Below, piece after piece: positions 53,917-63,052 of a stretch of 64,000 bases of DNA; positions within the stretch are counted from its first letter, which is position 1; each line of letters begins with the position of its first letter. This stretch comes from a virus (lineage: Duplodnaviria > Caudoviricetes). The stretch is taken from positions 1 to 64,000 of IMG/VR virus record IMGVR_UViG_3300036376_000009; one strand, given 5' to 3'. The position numbers were made by a program, and so were the translations under genes. The notes under the pieces were generated by a model. It saw only the letters and a program-made list of their open reading frames with translations, ran no database searches and was not told the origin of the DNA.

Positions 53917-55457
53917 CCCGCACGGACACGCGCCCAATCCGGGTCAATGTCCAGCTGGGCACCCTCTTCAACCGGCCGCCGCCGCACGCGCCCGAGACGG
54001 AGATGGCGTTGCTGGGCGCGATGATCCTGGACCACAAGGTGACGGGGGACGTGGCCGAGATTCTCAGCGGTCCGGAGGACTTCTTCAACGCCGCGCACGG
54101 GGCGATCTACGCCGTGCTGATCGACCTCTACAACCACAACCGCAGCGGGGACCTGGTCGAGCTGGTCGAGCGCCTGCGCAGCAACCAGATGCTGGCCGAC
54201 ATCGGCGGCGCGGCGTACCTGGAGAAGCTCGCGGCGGAGACGCCGGGATCGGCGGGCGCGGCGGCGTGGGCCACGGTGGTGGCCGGCAAGGCGGCGTTGC
54301 GCCGGCTGGTGAGCGTGTCGGGCGAGATCATGCACCGGGCGTACACCCACGAGGACGCCGGCAGCGTCGCCGAGGTGCTCGACCGGGCCGAGCAGGCGGT
54401 GTTCGACATCGCGCACAAGTCGCTGCCGACGCGGGCCAGCTCGCTCGGGGAGATCCTGCAGCAGACGTACGAACGGGTGAACGAGCGCGAGGCGGCGGGT
54501 TGCGCGGCCGGCGTGCCGACCGGTTTTTACGACCTAGACGCTCTGATCACCGGGCTCGAGCCCGGGCTGATCATCATCGGCGCACGCCCGTCGATGGGCA
54601 AGACGGCGTTCGCGGTGCAGGTGGCGGAGCAGATGGCGGACGGCGGGTTCGGCCGGGCGGGGATCCCGGTCGGCGTGTTCAGCATGGAGATGTCCAAGGG
54701 GGCGCTGGTCGAACGGATGCTGTGCGCACGGGCGGGGATCACGACGCAGCAGCTCAAGAGCGGCAAGCTCGGCCGGGCGCTGGTGGCCAAGGTCATGCAG
54801 GCGGGGGAGCAGATCGAGGCGATGCCGCTGTACGTGGACGACACGCCGGGGCTCACGATCATGGGCCTGCGCGCCCGCGCCCGCCGGATGGTGAAGCAGT
54901 ACGGAGTGGGCGCGGTGTTCGTGGACTACCTGCAGCTCATGACCGCCCCGGGGCGGCAGGAGAACCGCCAGACGGAGGTGGCGGCGATCAGCCGGGGCAT
55001 CAAGGCGCTGGCGATGGAGCTGGGGGTGCCGATCGTCTGCCTCTCTCAGCTCAACCGCGGGCCCGAGAGCCGGTCAGACAACCGCCCCCGCATGAGCGAC
55101 CTGCGCGAATCCGGCGCGGTGGAGCAGGACGCGGACGTGATCATGCTCCTGCACCGCGAGGAGTACTACCACATCGGGGATCCGGTGTGGGAGAACGACC
55201 CGGACAACGAGCAGAAGAAGGGGTTGGCGGAGGTGATTGTGACCAAGCAGCGGCAGGGGCCGACGGGCGTGGTGTACCTGCGCTGGCGGCCGGAGGCGAC
55301 GAGGTTCGCGAGCGTGGCCAGGACAGCGCGGGAGCCGCGAGAGCCCGAGTACCGGGCGTCGCCTCCTCCCGATGCGTTCCCGCCCAGCCAGGCCGCCGCG
55401 CCGCGACAGCCGCCGACGCCGCAGAACGACGACCAGGAACCCGGCATCCCCTTCTGA
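53913..55457 (+). CDS. dnaB: Replicative DNA helicase
   Basis: GARPSMGKT, FSMEM, VDYLQL, LSQLNR, DLRESGAVEQDAD, KQRQGPTG. Confidence 0.97.
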   Translation: MTRTDTRPIRVNVQLGTLFNRPPPHAPETEMALLGAMILDHKVTGDVAEILSGPEDFFNAAHGAIYAVLIDLYNHNRSGDLVELVERLRSNQMLADIGGAAYLEKLAAETPGSAGAAAWATVVAGKAALRRLVSVSGEIMHRAYTHEDAGSVAEVLDRAEQAVFDIAHKSLPTRASSLGEILQQTYERVNEREAAGCAAGVPTGFYDLDALITGLEPGLIIIGARPSMGKTAFAVQVAEQMADGGFGRAGIPVGVFSMEMSKGALVERMLCARAGITTQQLKSGKLGRALVAKVMQAGEQIEAMPLYVDDTPGLTIMGLRARARRMVKQYGVGAVFVDYLQLMTAPGRQENRQTEVAAISRGIKALAMELGVPIVCLSQLNRGPESRSDNRPRMSDLRESGAVEQDADVIMLLHREEYYHIGDPVWENDPDNEQKKGLAEVIVTKQRQGPTGVVYLRWRPEATRFASVARTAREPREPEYRASPPPDAFPPSQAAAPRQPPTPQNDDQEPGIPF

Positions 55458-55488
55458 CCTTTGCCCCACCCCTTCAACGAACCAGGCC

Positions 55489-56499
55489 ATGACGCCCACG
55501 CCCACCAACACCTCTCCCACCGCCCCGACGCCATCACCGCCGCCGCGCATCAGCAAGGCCGCCAAGCTCCCGCCGATGCCCGTCGACGCGGAGGCGTTCC
55601 TGCACGCGTGTGAGCACGTGCCGGCGGACATCATCGGGGCCAGGGCGCTGGCGTGGTGCATCGCGTGGAGCGGGGGCCACGTGGACCAGGCGGCGCTGGC
55701 GCAGACGGCGGGGCTGTCGTTCGACCGCGTGAAGGACCACTGGCGGACGATCATGGAGGGGGTGCCGGAGCTGGTGCGTCGGCGAGCCCAGGCGGACCAG
55801 CGAGCCGAGCGGGCGCGGCAGCACGCCCAGGCGGCGGCGCAGGGACGATGGGGCTTGTTGAGAACGGATGCTCCGGGCATCGCGGCACATGCCCCGAGCA
55901 TCCCAAACCATGCTCCGGGCATACCCGACGGTGATGCTCCGAGCATGTCGGGGAATGCTCCGAGCATCAAGAAGGATGCTCCGGGCATCCGGGATGGACC
56001 GCCGCCACCCCTTATTGAGAATGCTCCGAGCATCGATCCACATGCTCCGGGCATCGAAAACCATGCTCCGAGCATGGCGGCGCGGAGGGTGCGCAAGGAG
56101 GGGGGGGGGGGGGAGGATGGTTTTACCCACCCCAAACCCAAACCATCACTTCAAAATCCGCAGGGCGCGCGCCGAAACGTCTGGACGCCGGAGAGTTTGG
56201 ATGAGCTGGCTCGGGTTGGGGTGGGGGCGTACCGGATCCTCGATGACCTCGGAGTAGCTGAGCCTGCGCTGTCGCAGCTCGCCGAATCGGAGGCGGTGCC
56301 GACCGCCGCGATCATCGAGACGGCACGGGCGGTGCTCGCCACGAAGGGGCCCGTAACGTCGCGCCCGGGGCTGCTGGTTGCACGCCTGCGCAAGGCGTTC
56401 GGTCTGCCAGCCCTGAGGGCCGCCCCGCTCAAGACAGAGGCCAGGAAGGCCGCTCAGGGGCTGGCGGAGACGATCCGCCGCCGGAAAGGGAACCCGTGA
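55489..56499 (+). CDS. Replication initiator-like protein containing the origin
   Basis: Follows dnaB; nine internal iterons. Confidence 0.7.
   Translation: MTPTPTNTSPTAPTPSPPPRISKAAKLPPMPVDAEAFLHACEHVPADIIGARALAWCIAWSGGHVDQAALAQTAGLSFDRVKDHWRTIMEGVPELVRRRAQADQRAERARQHAQAAAQGRWGLLRTDAPGIAAHAPSIPNHAPGIPDGDAPSMSGNAPSIKKDAPGIRDGPPPPLIENAPSIDPHAPGIENHAPSMAARRVRKEGGGGEDGFTHPKPKPSLQNPQGARRNVWTPESLDELARVGVGAYRILDDLGVAEPALSQLAESEAVPTAAIIETARAVLATKGPVTSRPGLLVARLRKAFGLPALRAAPLKTEARKAAQGLAETIRRRKGNP
55868..56075. repeat. Nine 13-bp iterons ATGCYCCGRGCAT (putative origin of phage B)
   Basis: Starts at 55868, 55889, 55910, 55934, 55955, 55976, 56021, 56042 and 56063. Confidence 0.85.
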
Positions 56500-56735
56500 T
56501 CAAGATCCATGTCCCGCTCGCGATCGACGGCACCATCTGGGAGGTGGCGCAGGGCCAGGGCAAGTGCGCCGAGGTGGCGCTGGAGCACCTGGACAAGGCG
56601 TTCAAGCTCGCACGGTTGATGGTGGACGCTCAGCCGGACGCGGCGTTCAGCTCGGGAGAGTTCGAGATCACACTGAGCGTGGTCGCGCTCATCGCACCTT
56701 CGGGGGACGTCCCCGCTTCTTCTTCGGGCCGGTAG
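56496..56735 (+). CDS. Small hypothetical protein
   Basis: Coupled GTGA overlap. Confidence 0.55.
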   Translation: MIKIHVPLAIDGTIWEVAQGQGKCAEVALEHLDKAFKLARLMVDAQPDAAFSSGEFEITLSVVALIAPSGDVPASSSGR

Positions 56736-57003
56736 GAACAGGCTTGGCCTTCTTCGGCCGGGCGCCCAAGTAGACGCCGACGGGGTTGGGGATGAGGGCC
56801 GCGGCCTGGTCCTTCGACCAGAGCCACGACTTGCCGATCATCTGCACCGGGTGCACGCCGCGTGAGCCGGCGATTTGCAGCAGGCGGCGGCGCGAGACGC
56901 CGACCAGCTCGGCGAGCTGGACGGTCGAGACGAGTTGGTCGGCCCGGATACCCGGGATCGGCTTGGCTTCCACGGCGTGAGGGTAGGGGGGTGGGGCCGA
57001 CAT
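56689..57003 (-). CDS. HTH DNA-binding protein with AT-hook-like tail
   Basis: STVQLAELVGVSRRRLLQI; KKRGRPPK. Confidence 0.75.
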   Translation of the reverse strand: MSAPPPYPHAVEAKPIPGIRADQLVSTVQLAELVGVSRRRLLQIAGSRGVHPVQMIGKSWLWSKDQAAALIPNPVGVYLGARPKKAKPVPTGPKKKRGRPPKVR

Positions 57004-57012
57004 CGGTAGGGC

Positions 57013-57831
57013 TCAGGCGAACAGCGTGCCTTGCACGCCAGCGCCAACCGGCGCAGCGGCCGCGGGCTCATCGTCGGCGTCGTCATCGGGGGGCCACGCT
57101 GGCGCGCTGTCCGGGACCGGTCGAGCTTCGGGGCGGAGCGGATCCGCGATCGTGTTGCCGTCGATGTCGCGCCACCACAGCGCCCCGTTCGCACGCACGG
57201 TCAGGAACACGGGGACGAACGGCGAGCCAAACAGCTCCGCCCAAGCGAGCATCCCGTCCCGGCGCTTCGCGTTGTGCGGGGCGCAGAGGACGAGGTAGTT
57301 GTGTTCGGATTCGTAGACGACGAAGTCGAAGATGGGGAGGTCGGCCCCGTCGTTGCCAGCGGCGAGCGCGTGATCGGGTACCAGCGCCTGCCGCGCCTCG
57401 CGCACGCTCACGTAGGCAACGCGGCGAGTGCGGAACAGGTCCTCCACCACGACCCGGGCGGGCTTGGACTCGGTACGCTCGCGCTTCGGCTTGGAGCCGG
57501 GCGTGAGAACGCGGGTAACGGCCCGTCCGGGTTCGTGAGGAGTGACGCCCGGGGTGTCGGGGACTTGCTCGCAGATCGCGACACGCACGCCGGCGGCGAT
57601 CAGGGTGCGGAGATGCCGCTCGAGTTCCTGCGCCGGGAACCCGGCACAACGGAGCTTGCCCTCGCCGAATTCCGGGCCCAGCACCCGCGCGAGGGTGCAC
57701 GCATCGTCGCCGTAGGCCTCGAACCGAATGCCGAAGCCCCACAGCAGCAGGGCGTCCGGGTGCGCCGCCTTGAACCGGTCATACTGGCGCTGCCGGGGCG
57801 AATCGAGGACGGACGAATTGGACGAGTTCAT
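57013..57831 (-). CDS. MutS domain I fused to a degenerate nuclease-like domain
   Basis: QYDRFKAAHPDALLL...FEAYGDDA...AGFP...GVRVAICEQ. Confidence 0.8.
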   Translation of the reverse strand: MNSSNSSVLDSPRQRQYDRFKAAHPDALLLWGFGIRFEAYGDDACTLARVLGPEFGEGKLRCAGFPAQELERHLRTLIAAGVRVAICEQVPDTPGVTPHEPGRAVTRVLTPGSKPKRERTESKPARVVVEDLFRTRRVAYVSVREARQALVPDHALAAGNDGADLPIFDFVVYESEHNYLVLCAPHNAKRRDGMLAWAELFGSPFVPVFLTVRANGALWWRDIDGNTIADPLRPEARPVPDSAPAWPPDDDADDEPAAAAPVGAGVQGTLFA

Positions 57832-58316
57832 GCGTTGCTCCCGGTGAAGAACAGCGGGGCGGCCGACCGCTCCGCGGCGATCGCCCGGGCCTGTCGGTTG
57901 GCCTCACGCTTCGCGGCGCGGGCATCGAGCACGCTCTGCAACTCGGGCTCGTAGACCTGGACCGTTCCGAAATGGAGTGTGTGGCGGAAGGCGAAGGCGG
58001 TGAATGCGGGCTTGCCCGGGGGTGTGAACGCGTGCCCGTACTTCTGCCCGTACGCCCGCTCGGTCAGCAGGTCTCCCCAGCCCGGAACCCGCTCGGGCTC
58101 GATCCAGCCGCGGGCGTTGCGGTCCCAGTAATACGACAGCGGCGGGCGCTCGCCGAGCTTGTCCACCAGCAGCCACCGGCAGAAGTCGGGCTTGTCGCTC
58201 GTCGCGCCTTGGCACGCGGCGACGGCCTCCTCCCAGGTGCGACGGGACTTCTGCGCGAGTTCGTAGCGGAACTCGGGCACGCCGAAGATGGTCAAGGTGG
58301 CGAGCTTGCCGGGCAT
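57828..58316 (-). CDS. Hypothetical protein
   Basis: Coupled minus-strand ORF. Confidence 0.65.
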   Translation of the reverse strand: MPGKLATLTIFGVPEFRYELAQKSRRTWEEAVAACQGATSDKPDFCRWLLVDKLGERPPLSYYWDRNARGWIEPERVPGWGDLLTERAYGQKYGHAFTPPGKPAFTAFAFRHTLHFGTVQVYEPELQSVLDARAAKREANRQARAIAAERSAAPLFFTGSNA

Positions 58317-58361
58317 AAGCCCCCGCCCCGGGCGTCAACCCGAGGCGGGAGGGAGAGGAGT

Positions 58362-59549
58362 TCAGCGGGTGGCCTGCAGGATCAGCCGCATGGCGGTGCG
58401 CTTCGCGGCGGCGCCCTCGCCCAGCAGCTTGAGATGGTCGCGGCGGGAGCCCTGCACCTTGGGGGAGCGGTTGTGGTCCATCCACTCGGTGACCGCGTTC
58501 AAGAGCGCCCAGGCGGTGCCGCCGATGCCGTCGATGCACTGCTCGGGGCGGTCCATCGCGGCCCGCCACTCGGCCAGGACCTTGGCCCGCTTCTCGGCGT
58601 AGGCCTCGCGATGCTCGAGCAGCTCGGGCTCAGCGCCGAAGATGGCCGAGTAGGCGGCATCGAAGTATTCGGCGCGGCTGGTGGCATCCATCGAGATCCC
58701 GGCCAGGCGCTGCGCGGTCTGCTCATACGTGGTCAGGCCCTTCGCCGCGATCCCCAGCACACGGCGAGCTTCGACCATGGCGGAGGCGATGTCGCCATCG
58801 TGCCGCACCCGGAACGCCGTCCCGGCCCGGACGCTCGCGTCGATCCCGCCGAGCGCTTGGGTGTAGGTGTTGTTGCAGACAACGCGGACCATGGTCCAGC
58901 AGGCGGAAAGCGCCATTGAACCATCGTGGGCATTGGAGAGCAGCAGATACGGGACGGTCTCATCCTCGCCGGACTTCCCGACGCGGACAGACTTGGGAGC
59001 CTTGACCAGGAGGAACACCTTACGGCCACCCAACAGCGAGCCGCAGGTTTCCATGGTCAGGGCCGCATCAGCGCCGACGAGGGCATCGGCGAACCGGCCC
59101 AAGTCGACGTTCTGAACGATCCGGTAGCCGTCGCTCACCAGCCCGAGGACCTCGCCGGTATCGGACCGCACGTTGGCCCGCGCCGGCAGCTCGCGGCGCT
59201 CGCCGTTGACCTCGCAGAACACCGGCCGCGACTCGACCCACCAGCCGCAGAACCGCTTCATCGCGTCCTCGCCGGTCAGGTTGTCATCGATCACCGTGCC
59301 CAGCCCGTGCCAACCGGGCACCCGAGCGAGGCCCAGCGAATCGGAGCGCGTGAGCTGGTGGTTCGTCACCGCCTCACGCACCGTGCGTGCGCCGCCGTAC
59401 TCGGCCGCATCCGCCGTGATCACACGCACCCGCTCGACTTCGATGATGTCCCCACGCGCCTGGTCCGCGAGCTTCGCGTTGATGCTCGGAGAAATCAGGG
59501 AGGAACCGCTGTCAGAACCAGCACCGGGAGAGAAAAGACCGCCCTTCAT
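58362..59549 (-). CDS. DUF932 family phage/plasmid protein
   Basis: PGWHGLG...RSDT...YRIVQN...GGRKVF...NAHDGS...VRVVCNNT...GTAWALLNAVTEWMDH. Confidence 0.9.
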   Translation of the reverse strand: MKGGLFSPGAGSDSGSSLISPSINAKLADQARGDIIEVERVRVITADAAEYGGARTVREAVTNHQLTRSDSLGLARVPGWHGLGTVIDDNLTGEDAMKRFCGWWVESRPVFCEVNGERRELPARANVRSDTGEVLGLVSDGYRIVQNVDLGRFADALVGADAALTMETCGSLLGGRKVFLLVKAPKSVRVGKSGEDETVPYLLLSNAHDGSMALSACWTMVRVVCNNTYTQALGGIDASVRAGTAFRVRHDGDIASAMVEARRVLGIAAKGLTTYEQTAQRLAGISMDATSRAEYFDAAYSAIFGAEPELLEHREAYAEKRAKVLAEWRAAMDRPEQCIDGIGGTAWALLNAVTEWMDHNRSPKVQGSRRDHLKLLGEGAAAKRTAMRLILQATR

Positions 59550-59630
59550 ATGCGACCACCTTTCGTGAATCAATGCGCCCCCCACCCCAACCCATGCAGA
59601 TTCCACAAGAATCCGCACGCTCATCGGTCA

Positions 59631-59658
59631 AATATACCCACGTTGGAAGTGCTGTCAA
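59631..59658 (-). promoter_or_regulatory. Leftward sigma70-like promoter TTGACA-N16-TATATT
   Basis: In an AT-rich intergenic region upstream of DUF932. Confidence 0.75.
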
Positions 59659-59729
59659 CAGAATTTTAGAAAAATCGCCCAAGTGAGCGATTGCTACGGG
59701 ATCACTGCCGGCATAACTGATTTGGGTTC

Positions 59730-59945
59730 ATGACCTCCACCCCCGACATCGATGCGCTGCACGTGCTGGCGAAGGAACACCCCGAACTCATGCGGGATGC
59801 GGGGCCCGTGCCGCTGGTGTTCGAGATCACCGCCAGGCCGAACCCGCCGCCGCCCTACACGCCTTCGCCGCTTGACACCCCACGGCGCAAGGCGAGGCAG
59901 CGCCCGGCGAAGCGCACCGGGTGCCAGGGCGGGAGGCGCCGATAA
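59730..59945 (+). CDS. Small hypothetical protein
   Basis: ORF track; coupled to the next ORF. Confidence 0.45.
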   Translation: MTSTPDIDALHVLAKEHPELMRDAGPVPLVFEITARPNPPPPYTPSPLDTPRRKARQRPAKRTGCQGGRRR

Positions 59946-60175
59946 TGCGAGCAAAACCCAAACGAAGCACGCAGGCCACACCGGCCAACCAGCCCCGCAG
60001 CCGATGCCGCCACACGCGCCGGCAGCGCCAAGCGTGGCGGGCCTGGATGCTCGCCACCATCGGGGCGGCGGCCGACCGCTTCGAGCCCCCGTCGGATCTA
60101 CCGTTGGAGTTCACGGGCTGCGCCGCCCCGCTTGACCGCCCCTCACTCCCGGGTAACCTGACAACGGTTGAGTGA
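59945..60175 (+). CDS. Small hypothetical protein
   Basis: TAATG overlap; GGAGG SD. Confidence 0.45.
   Translation: MRAKPKRSTQATPANQPRSRCRHTRRQRQAWRAWMLATIGAAADRFEPPSDLPLEFTGCAAPLDRPSLPGNLTTVE
60132..60159 (+). promoter_or_regulatory. Promoter-like TTGACC-N16-TAACCT (phage B late region)
   Basis: Same spacing and GGG before -10 as the phage A motif. Confidence 0.6.
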
Positions 60176-60205
60176 CCGCGTCCCGCCAGCACTGGCGAGG
60201 GCCCC

Positions 60206-60826
60206 GTGTCGCAATTCCCAGCATGGAACGCGGAGCCCACCCGGCTCGCCACCCGTCAAAGCCCCCTGATCATCGCTCGCACCGCCGACGGGGCCAGGAC
60301 CGTCACGCTCTCCACCGCCCTCCCCACCGCCGACACCTACGCCCACACGATCAACCTCTCCGACTGGGCCACCGAACTTGGCGCCGCCGGACGGTGGTAC
60401 GTCCCGGCCCACGCGCATCAGCTCGCCATCTTCTGCCCATACGGCGGCGGTAGCGACAACACCACCGTCAACCTCGCCATCTGGTCCGTCGAGCCCCTGA
60501 TTGACCCGCTCGCCGCCGCCGACGCCGCCCCCACCGAGTTCGTCGCGCACCACCAGCTGTCGCTGTCCTGCACCTTGGGCCAGGCGCTGGTGGCGGCCGG
60601 CAGCCGCCACATCCCCGCGAAGCCGGGGCTCACCTACCGCTGGGCGGACACCATCACCATTTCCACCAACCAGACGTTCCGCACCGGCAACGCCGCCAGC
60701 TACGGCGGGTCCGGCACCAACGGCGTGGGCGCGAACGGCCACGACGCGCTCGGCCCGGTCGGGTACATCGTCGTCGGCCGCGTTGGCACCGCCACCGAGG
60801 TCGGTCTCGCCTACCGGTTCGCGTGA
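60206..60826 (+). CDS. Putative virion beta-rich protein
   Basis: GAGG SD; Thr/Gly/Ala-rich. Confidence 0.65.
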   Translation: MSQFPAWNAEPTRLATRQSPLIIARTADGARTVTLSTALPTADTYAHTINLSDWATELGAAGRWYVPAHAHQLAIFCPYGGGSDNTTVNLAIWSVEPLIDPLAAADAAPTEFVAHHQLSLSCTLGQALVAAGSRHIPAKPGLTYRWADTITISTNQTFRTGNAASYGGSGTNGVGANGHDALGPVGYIVVGRVGTATEVGLAYRFA

Positions 60827-60838
60827 ACTGGGGGCCGG

Positions 60839-60875
60839 TGCACCACCCTGCACCACTTTGCATCACTTTGCACCA
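60839..60875. repeat. 10-bp tandem repeat TGCAYCACYY x3.7
   Basis: Intergenic, directly before an SD. Confidence 0.7.
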
Positions 60876-60887
60876 GGAGCAGCAACC

Positions 60888-61136
60888 GTGGCCAGAATCA
60901 TCACCATCAATGGCATCGTCAACCCGCCCAACGGCCCGCTCGTCATCGACTACACGTATGACGGCAACACCCAGATGATCGAGTTCACCGACAAGGACAC
61001 GGCCATCAGCCGCGCCAACGAGCTCACGCCCCAGGGCGAGGGCGCGCTCTGCGAGGCCCTGCGCAAGCAGATGGAGACGGACCCGCAGCTCAACAGCATC
61101 AACGCGATGATCAACCAGTCCTACACCATCCAGTAA
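60888..61136 (+). CDS. Small hypothetical protein
   Basis: AGGAG SD, GTG. Confidence 0.7.
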   Translation: MARIITINGIVNPPNGPLVIDYTYDGNTQMIEFTDKDTAISRANELTPQGEGALCEALRKQMETDPQLNSINAMINQSYTIQ

Positions 61137-61191
61137 TCGCGGCCCCGGACGGTCACCGCGGTACGCGCACGCCGATTCCCGAGAATCCACT

Positions 61192-62241
61192 ATGCCCGAC
61201 TCCATGCAGCTGCTCATCAACCCGGGCCGGGCGTGGCCGCTGGGCGTCGTCGGCGGCAACTCCAAGGCCGGGCAGATCCTGTCGGCGGACTACACCGCCG
61301 GCAGCCTGGGCACGGCGTGCGCGTACCGCTTCATCCCGCCCAAGTCCGGCATCATCACCAAGCTCGCGTACTTCATCACCGCCCGCGCCGGCACCCCGCC
61401 CAACAGCGTGCTCGAGATCCGCCAGCACTCCGGCTCGACCGTGCCCGTCGTCACCGCGCCGGGGCTGTTCGCGTCGCAGACCGTCACTCCGCCCGGGGCG
61501 ACCACGACCTGGACGCAGCTCACGCTGTCCACGCCCCAGGCCGTCACCCAGTCCACCCCCATCTGGTTCGTGTTCGCCACGCCGACCGGGGCTAGCGCCG
61601 GCAACTCGATCAGCATCGCCACCAACGGCGGGCCCACCGCGTTTGACAACGCGGGCGCGATCCTCGCCGCGGTCACGTCGTCCAACGGATTCTCCACCGG
61701 CTCCGTCGTTGTCGGCACGCCGCCCGTGGTATTCCAGTACGACGACGGCACGGTTGTGGGCTACCCGTACACCACCAACGCGAACTACACCAGCAACACC
61801 CTGCGCCGCGGGCTCAAGCTCACGCCGCTCACGATGCCCCTGACCGTGTCGGGCGTGAACGTGAACTCCGGGGCCAGCATCACCGCCATCGAGGTGTACA
61901 ACGAGGGCAGTCCGCCCGGCAGCCCGATCATCTCACGTTCGGTCACCGGCTCGATCGCCATCCAGGCGGCGACGTTCGAACCGTTCGTGCTCGATCCCGG
62001 CATGGGATCGGTGCGCATCGTGTGCACCTTCTCCACCAACTCGACCGCCCCAGGCTACCTGCTCAGCGAGGACTACGCCGCCAACGCCGCTTTCCTCGGC
62101 CCGTGCCGCTTCGGCGGCGGATGGTGCAGCACGATCGACGACGGCGCGGGAGGATGGACCGACGAGCAGGACCGGCTCCCGCGGCTGGCGCTGCTTGTGG
62201 ACACACCGACGCCCCAATACCTGCCCTGGACGTTCCGGTGA
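61192..62241 (+). CDS. Beta-rich virion protein, paralog of 35865-36899
   Basis: Shared motifs and similar length (349 vs 344 aa). Confidence 0.7.
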   Translation: MPDSMQLLINPGRAWPLGVVGGNSKAGQILSADYTAGSLGTACAYRFIPPKSGIITKLAYFITARAGTPPNSVLEIRQHSGSTVPVVTAPGLFASQTVTPPGATTTWTQLTLSTPQAVTQSTPIWFVFATPTGASAGNSISIATNGGPTAFDNAGAILAAVTSSNGFSTGSVVVGTPPVVFQYDDGTVVGYPYTTNANYTSNTLRRGLKLTPLTMPLTVSGVNVNSGASITAIEVYNEGSPPGSPIISRSVTGSIAIQAATFEPFVLDPGMGSVRIVCTFSTNSTAPGYLLSEDYAANAAFLGPCRFGGGWCSTIDDGAGGWTDEQDRLPRLALLVDTPTPQYLPWTFR

Positions 62242-62651
62242 GCACCACGCCACACAAGCCCGACCCCAACGACCCCATCCCGCACCGGCCCCCGCGCCAG
62301 AGCGATATCGCCGCGGCCCGGCTCAAGATGCCGCCCGGTCTCCCCAAGGACGCCCGCAAGCAGATTGCCGCCACGGCCCGCGACTTCTTCGCGTCCCGCC
62401 TGCCCGGCGCCCGCGCCATCGTGGACAAATGCCTGGACCCGACCACGCCCGATGTCAACATGCTCACCCGGCTCATGGCCGCGCAGCTGGTCTTTGAGTA
62501 CTGCTTCGGCAAGCCCAAGGTGATGCTGTCGGTGACCACGAACAACGAGCACGTCCGACAGCTGCTCGATGCGTTCGATGCCGCGCGGCTCGCCCAGCTA
62601 TCATCGTCCGACCAGCGGGAACCTACCGGGCAACAGGACGACCGCAGTTGA
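62238..62651 (+). CDS. Putative terminase small subunit-like protein
   Basis: Helical, AAQLVFEYCFGKP; two genes upstream of TerL. Confidence 0.45.
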   Translation: MSTTPHKPDPNDPIPHRPPRQSDIAAARLKMPPGLPKDARKQIAATARDFFASRLPGARAIVDKCLDPTTPDVNMLTRLMAAQLVFEYCFGKPKVMLSVTTNNEHVRQLLDAFDAARLAQLSSSDQREPTGQQDDRS

Positions 62652-63052
62652 AGAAGTTCATTCTGACCAACGAATCGGCGCAGGTCACGCTCCAGACCAC
62701 AACCCTGCTTTCCCTCGCCGCGGCCACCGCACGCGACCGCTTCGCGCAGGCGCTGCAGGTGCACGGCCAGGCCCAGGCCGCGTCCCGCGTGGCCCTTCCC
62801 GAGCCGGTGGCGGGCCGGATGCACGGCGTGGCCGGATCCATCAACGGGCGTGCTCATCAGCAGGTCGCCGCGGGCCCGTCGCCGCGGGAGCAGCTCCAGG
62901 CCCTGTCCGGCCAGCTGCTCAACGACGCCATGACCGAGATGCAGAACGCTCTGGTGCTCGCGAGCCAGTTGCAGCAGATCCTTGCCGGCATGGAGGGTGG
63001 CGGCCATGGCGACGCCGGCGGAAACGGCGGCCCCAAGCTCGCCTCCGAATAA
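62648..63052 (+). CDS. Hypothetical helical protein
   Basis: ORF between the TerS-like gene and TerL. Confidence 0.5.
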   Translation: MKKFILTNESAQVTLQTTTLLSLAAATARDRFAQALQVHGQAQAASRVALPEPVAGRMHGVAGSINGRAHQQVAAGPSPREQLQALSGQLLNDAMTEMQNALVLASQLQQILAGMEGGGHGDAGGNGGPKLASE

